The notes: a model not told the origin generated them from the sequence alone. Shown: positions 13,162 to 26,264, counted from the stretch's first letter. The stretch: DNA of 64,000 nucleotides from Okamejei kenojei (GCA_035221665.1 CM069154.1:12400001-12464000), one strand, 5' to 3'. Translations and numbers: made by a program.

Positions 13162-13823
13162 AGGGCCTGTCCCACTTGCGTTTCCTTGGCACGCAAATTA
13201 CACGACCTCGTGGTCACGTAGAGCCGCGACAGTCCCGTGAAGGTCGCGCGCGACTTCATTCGACCGCACAGCCGTCTGGAGCGCGTGACGTCATTTGAAG
13301 ATGGGCACAAAATGTCGGAGTAACTCAGCGGGATTGGCAGCATCTATGGAGATAAGCAATGGGTGATGTTTCGGGTCGAGACTCTTCGTCAGTCTGAAAG
13401 AAGGGTCTTGACCCGAAATGTCACCCATTCCTTCTCTCCAGAGATGCTGCCGGTCCCGCTGAATTACTCCAGCATTTTGTGATCTATCTTCAATTTTCTT
13501 GGCCCCGCTCTGGGAGTAGAAGTGGGGGCGGATCCGGACAGCAACGGCCGTGAGCCCCAGTCCGAGTTCAGCGATCGTTTGCCTGCTTCTGCTGCTGTTG
13601 GAGGTGAGGCGTTGCGTCACGCCAAGGTCTTGGGCCTGTCCCACTTTGGCCGTCATTCGCTACAAAAATTTCGGAGCCCTGCGCGATGTCGCGCACAACT
13701 TCATACCCCTCCGCGCTTCTCAGTGGGACTGACCCCGCACGGCCATACGACGCCCATATGCCTCAAAGCAACCACTAGGTCGCGTAATTTGCATGCCATG
13801 GTCATGTAAGTGGGACAGGCCCT
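13162..13823. mobile_element. PIF/Harbinger-type MITE, TAA TSD, with nested Penelope fold-back element (~13300-13490)
   Basis: TAA|AGGGCCTGTCCCACTT ... AAGTGGGACAGGCCCT|TAA. Confidence 0.85.
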
Positions 13824-13997
13824 TAAATGACCCATTAGGAGAGATTCACTGTGTTAATGAATGGAATTTTATTATCCTGGTAACATTTGTTTTTTTAACT
13901 TTGAACTTTCCTTGATCTTTTTAAGTTAAATGAAGATGTCCCCCTCATTTAGAAGAATGGGAGGTGACTTCATTTAACTTGAAGAACAGATAATTCC

Positions 13998-14302
13998 ATG
14001 GCTATCTGGACTACACTTCTTCCCACCCTGCTTCCTGTAAGGACTCCATCCCCTACTCCCAATTCCTTCGTCTACGCCGCATCTGCACCTAGGATGCGGT
14101 GTTCCACACCAGGTCATCAGAGATGTCCTCATTCTTCAGGGATCGGGGATTCCCCTCCTCTACCATAGATGAAGATCTCACCAGGGTCTCTTCGACCCAA
14201 AATGTTGCCTATTTCATTCGCTCCATAGATGCTGCTCACCCGCTGAGTTTCTCCAGCATTTTTGTCTACCTTTGATTTTCCAGCATCTGCAGGTCCTTGT
14301 TA
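13998..14302 (+). mobile_element. Internally deleted Penelope element with 13-bp TSD
   Basis: Encodes YLDYTSSHPASCKDSIPYSQFLRLRRIC (post-RT linker) joined to the terminal arm; flanks aacagataattcc / aactgataattcc. Confidence 0.8.
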
Positions 14303-14349
14303 AACTGATAATTCCTCACTTGTTTGCCAGTAAGATCCACTCCCTACAC

Positions 14350-14564
14350 CAGGGGTTCCGAACATTTTTTGTCCCGTTTACCCCTGGCACCTTTAATAGC
14401 AAATAACAATGTTATTTCACTTATTTCTGAACAACTAATGATGAACAGATACCGGTATACCAGAACCAAACACAGTCAGTCAATGAGAAAAAATATGTAC
14501 AAATCCAGAATCAACAAACGTACCCCCTGGGTTGGCAAAATTTACCGCAGGTTGGGTCCCTTTG
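14350..14564. mobile_element. hAT (Charlie-like) MITE
   Basis: 8-bp TSD ccctacac (14342-14349, 14565-14572); left TIR CAGGGGTTCC. Confidence 0.8.
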
Positions 14565-15654
14565 CCCTACACAATCTGGGCAGACGGACAGCAAACCTGA
14601 AGTTTAGAAATCAAGGCTTCACCTCTGTTGGGTTGCCAGTTAAAATAACCAGGGCAGATTTCATCCTATCAACAACTGGAGAGCGGTCCCGAGCCATTAT
14701 CTATCTCAATTTGGAGAACCTCGCACTATCTCTAAATCGGACTTGACTGGACTTTATCTTGCTCTGGTCTGAAGAGGGCCTCTACCCGAAACGTCACCCA
14801 CTCCTTCTCTCCAGTGATGCCGCTTGTCCCGCTGAGTTACTCCAGCTTTTTGTGTCCGTGCTCGATTGTAATCATGTGCAGTCTTTTCGCGGACTAATTA
14901 GCAAAAAGCTGTTCATTGTACACATGACAATAAACTAAACTAGATCGACGGTTAAAATAAGCAGTCAAGCTAAACTAACTCAATTCTGCTGATGCAAGTC
15001 ATCTTTGTATCGAATGTTAGACGTCCATCGAGTGATAGAATACAGTGAATGTACCTTAATTAAAACCCAGGAAATGGAAAGGAGAAAGGCCAATTCTCCT
15101 CCTGAAAAACACATCTCCAGAGTTGGGCTGTTTCCAATTCCCCTTGCATCTATTTTCTTAGCTGTCAGCAGAAATGAAGAACAAACCATTAGTGCGTTGC
15201 AGCTACTTGCCTGTTGTGAATGGCGGCTGACAAAGGGTTTCTGTCCATATACTCGGTACCGGTTTCAGCAGCTTGTGGGGCAGGCAGTGGCTGCCCTACA
15301 GCTGATGCGGTGAGAGGAATGTTGGCACCAATTGAATTGACTGGGGTTGCAATGCAATTGTTACATTGATGCTCTCATCCCTATTCATGAACCAACAATC
15401 AGACTGGGCGTCTGACCAAAGTCACAAGTCACGTTGGTTTGGAGTCAAAGCTGATGCTTGGAATTTTTTTTTAAACCTAGCACAGTTTTGTTCTGACCGG
15501 AATGTAATAAAAAGGAACTGCGGATGCGGGTTTATACCAAAGATAGGCACAAAATGCTGGCAGATCAGACCAAAGGTCAGACATCATCTCTGGGGGAAGA
15601 TGGATAGGTGACGTTTCGGGTCGGTATCCTTCTTCAGACTGATTGGGGGGCGTC

Positions 15655-15685
<31 letters not shown>

Positions 15686-16199
15686 AAGAGGAGACTGGAA
15701 GCAAGAAAAGATCAGGACCAGCAACAGATGACCTGATGTAGGGAGGTTCCCTGATAAGTTGATTGTTGTCGAGGGATGGTGTGATCACATGAGGGTTCAT
15801 TGTTGTGAACTGGGGTACTGGTTACCTTACTTTTAGTGGGGGGGGGGGGGGGGAAGCAGGGTGGAGAGTGATGGCAGAAGGGGGCAGGGAGTGTTTATAC
15901 CGAGGACGATTGGGGCTAGGGGGAGAGGAAAGGTTGGGGGGAGGGGAAGGAAGGAAAGAAAGAAAGAAACCAGGAGTTACTTGATCCTCTTTTTTTTTTT
16001 AACATTTCAAAATAGAACTTTATTCAGGTAATAAATATATACAATACATGAACCGGGCGGAGAATTCATCCGACATTTTCGGAGGCTATACAAATTATTC
16101 AATGCAGTTTATATACATTTCTCAAATCTGTCCCCCACCCGTGCCACTCATGTGGGCCACTGGCGTGGGATACCTTCCCTTATTTTGTGTGGCGTTACT

Positions 16200-16606
16200 T
16201 GCTCCTCATCGCATTAGCCAACCTGATCGCCCGGTGGCTCAGGACTTCAACTCCCCCTCCCATTCCGAATCCGACCTTTCTGTCCTGGGCCTCCTCCATG
16301 GCCAGAGTGAGTGCCACTGCAAATTGGAGGAGCAGCGCCTCGTATTTCGCTTGGACAGTTTACACCTCAGTGGTATGAACATTGACTTCTCCAATTTCAG
16401 GTGTTGCTTGCTTTCTCCCTCCTTCCCCTCCCCTTCCCGGCTCTCCCACAGCCTACTGTCTCCGCCTCTTCCTTTCTTCTTCCCGCCCCCCCCCCCCCCC
16501 CCCCCCCACCCCCACATCAGTCTGAAGAAGGGTGTCGACCCGATACGTCACCTATTGCTTTGTTCCATAAACTCACCCGCTGAGTTTCTCCAGCATTTTT
16601 GTGTAC
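16200..16606 (+). mobile_element. Penelope 3' fragment (GIY-YIG C-terminus plus terminal arm)
   Basis: PVAQDFNSPSHSESDLSVLGLL...KLEEQRLVFRLDSLHLSGMNIDF. Confidence 0.85.
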
Positions 16607-17037
16607 CCAGGAGTTAGTTACTTGAAATGAGAGAAATCAATGTTTATACTGCTGGGTTGTCACCTACTCGAGCAAAATATGGATAGCCTATATGTTCCTC
16701 CAATTTGTGTGTGGCCTCGCTCTGGCAATGGGGGAGGCCCAGGACAGGAAGGTCAGTGTGGAAATGGGATGAGGAGGTAAAGTGGTTTGCAACCGGAAGA
16801 ACTGTTCGAACTACAGTTCAGTTTTTTTATTTTATGGGAACTGTGGTTGGTAAACAGAGTAAAACTCCAGTGGGAATCTGTTGCAGATGAATGTGTATGG
16901 AATAATGTGAATGTGCAAGTCAGCAGTCCTGCTTTCTATCAGTGCTCCGTGTGGTTTGTATTGAGAGTTTGCTTCCATTCTCTCTCTGGTGAAAGTTGCA
17001 TTTGTGTCGGATGATCCTGGCAAAGTAAATGTGAAGT

Positions 17038-17525
17038 GAAACATAGAAAATAGGTGCAGGAGTAGGCCATTCGGCCCTTCGAGCCTGCACTGCCATTCAA
17101 TATGATCATGGCTGATCATGCAACTCAGTATACTGTACCTGCCTTCTCTCCATACCCCCTGATCCCTTTGGCCACAAGGGCCACATCTAACTCCCTCTTA
17201 AATATAGCCAATGAACTGGCCTCAACTACCTTCTGTGGCAGAGAATTCCAGAGACTCACCACTCTGTGTGAAAAATGCTTTCCTCATCTCGGTCCTAAAG
17301 GAATTCCCCCTTATCCTTAAACTGTGACCCCTTGTTCTGGACCTTCCCAACATCAGGAACAATCTTCCTGCATCTAGCCTGTCCAACCTCTTAAGAATTT
17401 TGTAAGTTTCTATAAGATCCCCCCTTAGTCTTCTAAATTCTAGCGAGTACAAGCCGAGTCTATGCGGTGTTTCCTCATATGAAAGTCCTGACATCCCAGG
17501 AATCAGTCTGGTGAACCTTGTCTGT
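17038..17525 (-). mobile_element. CR1/HER1-type LINE 3' fragment
   Basis: LGLYSLEFRRLRGDLIETYKIL...RTRGHSLRI; GAAACATA-type tail. Confidence 0.9.
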
Positions 17526-17764
17526 ACCCCCTCTCAAGATCAATATATGTGCATGGACCGGAATGGTGTAAATGAAACAAGCGATCTAGCACACAGGTAG
17601 ACACAGGCTTTAGGGATATCTGGGTGCTCCAAGCTCCATCTGAACAATGGTCCAAAACATCTCTGATAGCAACCGTAGGAACGGCTGAATCCTTAAACCT
17701 GTTAATGTAATACTGCAATGAGTAGAGGGTACTAGCTGTAATAAGAGACGGACATACGTGGAAG

Positions 17765-18645
17765 GATGCAAAGTGCTGATGTAACTCAGCGGATCAGGCA
17801 GCATCTTTGGAGAATATGAATAGGTCTGAAGAAGCGTCTCGACCCGAAACATCACCTACTACTTTTCTCCAGAGATACTACATATCCTGCTGAGTTACTC
17901 CAGCGTTTTGTGGCTATTTTCGGCTTAGAGCAGCATTTGCAGTTCCTTCCCACATGATGCTTTGGGTCGAGACCCTCCTTCAGTCCGATTGGGGAGGGGG
18001 GGGGGGGGAAGAGAGAAGAAAGCTGGAAGAGAGGAAAGCCAGAAGAAAGCTTGGCAGGTAATAGGCCGTCACAGGTGAGGGATTTTTTTTTAATGGTAGA
18101 CAGATGGTTGGAACGAAAGGCCAGATATAAAGGCAGGAACGTGAGGCAGATAGATTGAAGATTTGCAAATTGTGAAGCCAGAGGAAGGAGTGTAGGAGGA
18201 GAGGACAGAAATAGGTGTCAGTCCAGCTTGGGGGAGGGAATAAAAATGTGGGAGGGGGGAGGTGCAGGAGAGGGGGCGGAGGTTATCTAAAATTCAATGT
18301 TCGTACTGCTGGGTTGCAAGCGGAATGTGTGGCCTCACTCTGGCAATGGAGGAGGCCCCGGACAGAAAGGCCAGTATAAGTGTTAAAGAAGGAACTGCAG
18401 ATGCTGGAGAATCGAGGGTACACAAAAGGCTGGAGAAACTCAGCGGGTGCAGCAGCATCTAAGGAGCGAAGGAGATAGGGGATGTTTTGGGTCGAGACCC
18501 TTCTTCAGGCCAGTATAAGAATGGGAAGGGGAATTAAAAGGTTGGCAACCTTGAAAGGCCGAGTGTAAGTGTTTGGTCGCTGAGCCTACTCATCGATTGG
18601 TCTTGCCAATGTAAATCAGCATCTGCAGTTCCTTGATTCTACCTT
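17765..18645. mobile_element. Cluster of Penelope-derived arms and a minus-strand 3' fragment
   Basis: Fold-back element 17765-17952, then further arms and GIY-YIG remnants. Confidence 0.7.
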
Positions 18646-19924
18646 TTGGTGAAATTTGGGTTGTTTCTCTGGAGGCTGAGGGGAAATATATCTGATCACG
18701 AGAGGCGTGGATAAGGTAGATGGTCAGAACCGGTTTCCCAGCATGGAAATGTCATGGACTAGCGGCTTTAAGATGAGAGGGGCAAAGTACAAAGGTGTAC
18801 GGGCGGGCACACAGAGTGCACGGAATGCATTGTCAGGGGTGGTGGCAGAGGCAGATATGATAATGACAGTTCAGAGGCTTTGAGTAAGCATATGAACGTG
18901 AAGGGAAATGGATTATCTGCAGACAGAGGAGATTAGTTTAACACGGCAGTATGTTCAGCACAGACAATGTGGAACAAACATCCTGTCCCTGCGCTGTACT
19001 GTTCGATCTGTAAGAAAGAACTGCAGATGCTGGTTTAAATCCAAGGTTGACACAAAATGCTGGAGTAACTCGAGATTTCGCCCATTCCTTCTCTCCAGAG
19101 ATGCTGCCTCACCCGCTGAGTTACTCCAGCATTTTGTGTCTACCTGTCCTGTTCTATGCTCAATAACTACAATCATAATAACTGTGAAATCATGTTGCAA
19201 TTAATTCACTCTAAGAATAATATAAATTTCTCGGAATACAAACTGTGCAATATTAGTCTGCGCACATGTATGTATTATGGTAATGGAATAGAATATGCAC
19301 AGTTATTCTGCAGTACAGATTGTGTTGGAATGCATCTCTCGTGTAAACTGCAGTGTATTTTGAGCAACTGTCTATGAGATTGGATGGTGATGCCAATAAT
19401 AGAAGCCGATTGAGGTTGTACAGTGATCCACGTTGTGCTATATAATTGGACATTGTACTGTGCACCAACAATGTGTGTGGTGTGGAATTTGCACAGCCTG
19501 TATGGTTATTGAATAATAGTCCATGTTTGATGAAGTTGCCCTGGTATAATAGTAACTGTGTGTGTGGTTTAACATTTTAATGACTGCCAAGAAAGACTCT
19601 TTTGTCAGTACACCCAGGACAAGTATTTTTGAAAACCAAAATAATACTACAAAATGCAGGATGACACACAGCCTCTTGGTTACGTATGACTGCAATTGTC
19701 TTCACATGGATCTGTAATCTCTCGTTTTAGTCATCTTCTTGTGTATGGCGTGCACCGCCTAAAGATGTAGACACCAAAACACTACATCTATTTGTTTGTG
19801 CACATCGAGTTGGTTCTTTAGTCGAAATAGGGTGGACCACGTGAAGGTTGCAATCTCCCACCCCTCTCATGCTAGTAATGTGTGTTATTCACTAGTCAAT
19901 ATCACTGCTTCAACTTAGAAGTTT

Positions 19925-20334
19925 AGTTTAGAAGGATGAGGGGGTAATTTTATTGGAACATATAAGATTATTAAGGGTTTGGGCACACTAGAGGCAGGAA
20001 ACGTGTTCCCGATGTTGAGGGGAGTCCAGAACCAGGGGCCACTGTTTAAGAATAAGGGGTAGGCCATTTAGAACTGAGATGAGGAAACACTTTTTCACAC
20101 AGAGAGAGTTGTGAGTCTGTGGAATTCTCTGCCTCAGAGGGTGGTGGAAGCCGGTTCTCATGGATACTTTCTAGAGAGAGCTAGATAGGGCTCTTAAAGA
20201 AAGCGGAGTCAAGGGATATGGGGAGAAGGCAGGAACGGGGTACTGATTGAGGATGATCAGCCATGATCACATTGAATGGCGGTGCTGGCTCGAAAGGCCC
20301 AATGGCCGACTCCTGCACCTATTGTCTATTGTCT
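19925..20334 (+). mobile_element. CR1/HER1-type LINE 3' fragment
   Basis: Degenerate RMRGxLIxTYKI / RTRGH region and 3' UTR GATCAGCCATGATCACATTGAATGGCGG. Confidence 0.85.
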
Positions 20335-20779
20335 AACTTTTAACTGCTCTGGCAACTTATAATGGGGTGCTTTGCCTCTTTAATAATTGTAATAATCATT
20401 AAGTTAATAAACAAATAATCACTGTTTTGTTCCCCATCCCCTCCCGCACAGATGCTGCTTCACTTACTGAATCTTTCTTCCTTTGACATTTTCTTTTAAT
20501 TTCAGGTACAGCCCATAGTTTGGTCCTAATCCTTTCAATTCCAATTTAGCTACTGCTGTTGGAATACTGCTCCCAACTTCCCAGAGCCAAAATAAATGGT
20601 TGTCTCATTGCTTGACCATCTGTGATAATGTATTGTGCAGTATTTATCAACTTACCAGTAGTACATCAAACATCCTACAGAGTGACCATGCAATAATATC
20701 AGCCAATATAGTAATGAATTGGCCACCGGGGTCTTTATTCTCCAAGAGAAGCTACTGACACCATGTGACAAGTGTATCG

Positions 20780-21100
20780 ATTTTAGAGTTAGAGATACAG
20801 CATGGAAATAGGCTACTCGGCCCATCGACTCCATTCTGACCATCGATCACCGTACAAACTACTTCCATGTTATCCCACTTTCTCATCCGCTCCCCACACC
20901 CTATGGATAATTTACACAGGTCGATTAGTCTACAAACCCGCACGTCTTTCGGATGTGGGATGAAACCGGAGCACCCGGACGAAACCCACGTGTTCACAGG
21001 GAGAACTTGCAAACCCCACACAGGCAGCAACCCGAGGTCAGGATAGAACCAGAGGTCACTGGCTCTGTGTGGCAGCGGCTCTACCAGCTGTGCCACTCTG
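20780..21100 (-). mobile_element. HE1-related V-SINE
   Basis: V-domain reverse complement. Confidence 0.8.
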
Positions 21101-21889
21101 CCAGTTTGATCAATAGTGATGTTCTTTTCTGCATTGTGGATTCTCAATTGGAGAAGATTATCAAAGGAATAAAAGAGAAGTTTATAAAGTCGTGTAGGTA
21201 TAAGGAGCGGCATCGCAGAGTTGCGGCTTTACAGCGCCAGAGGCCTGGGTTCGATCCTGACTATGGGTGCTGTCTGTGTGGAGTTTGTACATTCTCCCTG
21301 TGACAGCGTTTTTCATTCTCCCTGTGACAGAGTTTGTACATTCTCCCTGTGACAGTTTTCTCCGGGTAAAGCAAATGCATTTGGAACTTTGGGCTATGTT
21401 TTGTTATTTTGCACAATATTGAGGTTTTTTTTTAAAAATTGAGCTTCTTATTTTGTTTGGTTTATTATATCTATTTAGTACTATGTTTACAAATCTGTCC
21501 TGCTTCTGCTGCTGCAAGGAATAATTTCATTGGATGGGCTGAATGGCCGGCTTTTCTCAGAGTTCTGCGTTGCCAAAGAACCTGTGGAGACTCGTTGCCT
21601 TAACACACAGGTTAAACATAGAGAGAAGGGCGAGGCCAGTGAATCACCACCCTAACTACACTCAACTCTATAAAAGATGACGTCTAAAGATTAGATCTGC
21701 TATAATTTGCTTTTCCAGTTGCCTTAATGTACCTGCAGTCATGTGCTTTCCTGAGGTCATTTCCATGGAAACGCTAAATCGAAAAGAGCTCCATTCTGAT
21801 TTGCTTGAGTTATTACTGACCTTGCCAGTTACTTAATGAAATTCAATGTGATTTAGAGGGCTCAGTGCTTCCTTTCCTCATCTGGATTC

Positions 21890-22560
21890 ATAGAACCTTA
21901 CAGTGTAGAAACAGGCCCTTTGGCACAACTTGCCCACATCGACCGACATGTCCCATCTACACTAGTCCCACCTGCCTGCGTTTGGCCCATATCCCTCTAA
22001 ACCTGTCCTATCCATGTACCTGCCTAATTGCTTCTTAAACATTGTGATAATACCTGCCACCTACCTCCACTGGCAGTTTTTCCATAAACCTATCACCCTT
22101 TTGCATGAAAATGTTACCCCTCTGATTACTATTAAATCTTTTCCCCTCACCTTAAACCTGTGCCCGCTGGTTCTCAATTCCCCTACTCTGGGCAAGAGAC
22201 CCTGCGGTGGGCCTGCCTCGACTGAGGGTGTCTTGTGATAAAAGGCCAAAACACCCAGTGACGTTGAGGTACACAACTGAAGATGTGTCTGAATTGGAGC
22301 AAAATGACCTAGTGGTCATCCTCAAAAGAATACCAAGATGTCAATCGTAGTGAAAAACCTTGGGGATTGTAACATCCAGTCCTACTAATCAACCTGTGCG
22401 TCTATTCAACCTATTCCTCTCATGATTTTATACACCACTATTAGATCATTCTCCAGCACTCCAAGGAATAGGGTCCCAGCCTGCTCAACCTCTCCCTATA
22501 ACTCAGGCCCTCGAGTCCTGGCAACGTCCTTGTAAATCTTCGCTGCACCCTTTCCATTTG
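21890..22560 (-). mobile_element. CR1-type LINE 3' fragment interrupted by an unassigned insert (~22200-22390)
   Basis: RTSGHRFKVRG peptide; tail shared with HE1. Confidence 0.75.
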
Positions 22561-22809
22561 TTATTTGCTTTTTGACTGTGGAAGCTCTCACCAGGTACAT
22601 TGGACCAGCTTGAGGGCAAGAATGTGTAAAATTTTCCAATGTCCACATCATATGTTAACGCTGTAAGATAAGGCACGCTGTCAGAACGTGGCTTCATTTT
22701 GCCCCGAACTACTACCTACCTCATGGGAGACCCTCAGACTATCTTTGATTGGCTGAAAAAAAGGCACCTCTGTCAGTGCATTTCTTTATTAGCCTAAATG
22801 TTATTGTTG

Positions 22810-23091
22810 GGCGGTGCAGCGGTAGAGTTGCTGCCTTACAGCGCCGGGTTCGATCCTGACTGCCGCTGCTTGTCTGTATGGAGTTTGTGCCTTCTTGCCG
22901 TGACCAGTGTGGGTTTTCTCTGGGATCTCCGGTTTCCCCCCACACCGAAGGTTTGTGGGTTAATTGGCTTGGTATAATTGTAAATTGTCTCTAGTGTATG
23001 TAGGATAGCGTTGGTGTGCAGGGAATCACAGCTCAGCGTGGACTCGGTGGGCCGAAGGGCCTGTTTCCATGCTGTATCCCTAGAGTCTAAA
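22810..23091 (+). mobile_element. HE1-type V-SINE
   Basis: Head, V-domain and tail. Confidence 0.85.
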
Positions 23092-24224
23092 GATCAGGAT
23101 TCAGTGGAAGGGCTCAATTTGTGAGTCCCTGCACTTTAGTCAACATGTAAATAAACCGACTGAAGGTGAATTGGCTTGAAAAGTAGTGGGAGTCTTTAAT
23201 GCATTCCTCCGAGAGGTTCTTGAACAAGTGAACGTCTGTAGAACTTGTTTTCCTTGACCTGGTAAAGACGCTTGCGGTAAAGTGTGGAATCGCATGGAAT
23301 TTTACTGTACGGGATATTCAACTGGTGTTTGTGCCTCTTCCCATCTTGCGAGCTACCTCCCTGACAACATCTCGCCATCCCTGATAACAACACTGCACAC
23401 GTTCCATGTAGGTCCGTTAAAATGCATTTGAATCTCAGTTCTGAGCTTGATGCCCATCTCCAAACTTTGCAAACAGCAGCTTGCAAAATCAGCACTGCTG
23501 AGGTAGCACCAATACATATAGAAACTAAGAACCGCAGATGCTGGTTTATACCAGAGACAAAGTGTCAGTCATACAGTGTGGAAACAGGCCCTTCGGTCCA
23601 ACTTGCCCACACCGACCAACATGTCCCATCTACACTAGTCCCACCTGCCTGCCTTTGGCCCATATCCCTCTAAACCTGTTCCAGCCATGTACCTGTCTAA
23701 TTGTTTCCTGAGCATTGTGATGGTCCCTACCTCCTCTGGCAGCTCGTTCCATACACCTGCCACCCTTTGTGTGAAAATGTTATCCCTCCGTTTCCTTTCC
23801 CCCTTCACCTTAAAGCTACGTCCTCTGATTCTGTATTCCCGCCACTCTGGGCAAGCGCAGCAGTAACTCAACGGGTCAGGCAGCAGGATGCCTGAGGTTT
23901 GGAACAAAGATTGGGTGACGTTTCATTTTCTCCAGTGATGCTTCTTGACCAGCTGAGTTACTCCAGCACTGTGTGTCATCTATCTTTAGTACCAATAAGT
24001 ATTGCCCTACCCTTCTCAGCGGGCAGGGTCAATCTGCCTGAGCCACGCAAAGTGGAGGCTTGCAGGAAGACGGGCAATGCCTGAAGGTTATTCCGCCGAC
24101 TTGCGGATATGCTGTTCAAATGGACGAGGACGGATATACATTCTGTGCAGGTAGATGAGATTAGATTATCCTGGCATCACGTTTGGCACAGACATTATGG
24201 GCTGATGGGCCTAGTCCAGTGACT

Positions 24225-24511
24225 TTAGAGATACTGCGTGGAAACAGGGCCTTTGGCCCACCGAGTCCATGCCGACCACCATCACCCCATGTCCAGTATT
24301 ATCCTACACACTAGAGACAATATACACTTTACACAAGCTAATTGGCCTACAAAGCTATACGTCTTTGGAGTGTGGTAGGAAACCGGAGCACCTGTAGCAA
24401 ACCCACATGGTCAGACGGAGAACGTACTAGCTCCATACAGACGGCACCCATAGTCGGGATCGAACCCGGATCTCTGGTGTTGTAACGCACCAACTCTACC
24501 ACTGTGCTGCC
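24225..24511 (-). mobile_element. HE1-type V-SINE
   Basis: Full reverse-complement copy. Confidence 0.85.
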
Positions 24512-24949
24512 CTCTGCTGCATTGTATGATGCTCTGTTCTTTGATATCAGAACCATGATGGATGGTTTGTTTTACCACACATACATGGAAAGATCTAACT
24601 TGAAGCCAGGATAATTAAAAACATTGTCCAGTATTTTTGTTTAAAAGCACCTACAATTGATGCATAATTGGAGATGGGTTTGTGTTATTGAGCTCAGTTT
24701 TCTCTTTGCTCCTGCTCTCTGAATTTCTATCTGCCCTCCAATGCTCCCATGTAAGTTAACCCACCTTGTGTATATCTGGATGTTGAGTGTTGCAGAACCG
24801 TCGTTGACTGGATTGTGTCTATTTACACAACCTGTGTGGAAGGGAGGTGAGCGGAAACAGGACACAAGATCTTGCACCTATGTTGAACTCAGAAGGTCAC
24901 AGCAAGTTGTGGACCTGGTGGCCTGCGGGTGGAAGAGCAGTGCAGCACC

Positions 24950-25450
24950 TAAACGAGCCCTTCAACCCACAATGTTCGCCCCAAACATGATGCCAAGTTA
25001 ATCATCTCATCTGCCTGCACGTGATCCATATCCCTCTCTTTTTTCCACTTCCATATGCCTATCTAAAAGCCTCTTAAACACCACTAAATGTATGTCTCCA
25101 TCACCACCTCTAGCAATGCGTTCCAGGCCCCACCCACTCTGTGTAAGCAAAAACGTTCCTCGCTCATCTCCATTAAACTTTTCCCCCTCTCGCCTTACAG
25201 CTGTCCCCCCTGCTGTTGGACATTTCCACCCTGGAGGAAAAAGGTTCTGACTTGTCTACCCTGTCAATGTCTCTCGTAATTTTATAGTCTCCCCTCAACC
25301 TCCGACGTTCCAGAGAACATAATCCAAGTTTATCCAACCTCTCTTTGTAGCTGAGACCCTCTAATACAAGCAGCATTCTGGTAAACCTCCTGTGCACCCT
25401 CTCCAAAGCCTCCACATCCATCCTATAGTGTGGTGACCAGAACTGTACAT
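24950..25450 (-). mobile_element. CR1-type LINE 3' fragment
   Basis: DVEALERVHRRFTRML...LSYKERLDKLGLCSLERRRLRGD. Confidence 0.9.
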
Positions 25451-26264
25451 GACATATGCACTGCGCACACGTGAACTCCCCACTACAGTCCAGTCAGTCG
25501 ACCCATGTGTATCTCCCAGTGGAGCTTCGGGACTGTTGAGTTTGTGTCAAACAATGACTAGCAATCACGTCACTGTGACTTAATCATTGTTGGGTCAGAG
25601 TCCTGAAACTTCTTTCACACTCGCACTGTGGAAGCTCCTTCTTCAGACGGGCTGCATTGGCTTCAGGAGGCTGTTCGGCAGCAACTTCTCAGGGGAATAA
25701 GCCGGAACGGGGGTACTGATTTTGGATGATAGGCCAGGATCATATTGAATGGCGGTGCTGGCTCAACGGGGCGAATGTCCTACTCCTGCACCTATTGTCT
25801 ACGTTTCTATTCACAAGAACAGCTGGCGATGGGCTACAATACCTTACACCTCCCTGCTCCCACCCCACTGATATTTTAGTTATAAAAGTATTAGTAATGA
25901 AGGAAACAATTGATTATTGGCTGAATATCCTTGGGATCCACCTGTCCGCCTACACCACCAGTGTCCAGATCGCGATTTCATTTAGAATCACAGTGAGTGT
26001 AACTTGAGTTTGGGACTTGAGATCTTTCTCCTCTTCCCAGTGCAGTAGCTCGTACAATTAGTTCTAGTGTTGCATATTAGCTGTGTGCCTAAGAAACCTT
26101 GAGTTACAGAAAATCGTGTTATAAAGATGATTGTGTCAATGGGGAAAGGGGGTTAAAGAGTGTTTCAGACTCACAATCACAATGTTATTTTTTCCCACTG
26201 GATATTCAGAAATAAAGGTCATTTCAATAACAATGTTTACTTTTGTTACTGCAAGCTAGAAATA

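Noticed and set aside
15005-15313. 102-aa ORF (MERRKANSPPEKHISR...) as an alternative first exon
   Set aside because: No phase-2 consensus donor and no family similarity
16048-16617. 189-aa ORF as a possible domesticated GIY-YIG gene
   Set aside because: Fusion of a LINE tail, a Penelope C-terminus lacking the YIG motif, and a C-run
22200-22390. Insert ending in TGTAACA, possible solo LTR
   Set aside because: No matching TG start or TSD found; left unassigned
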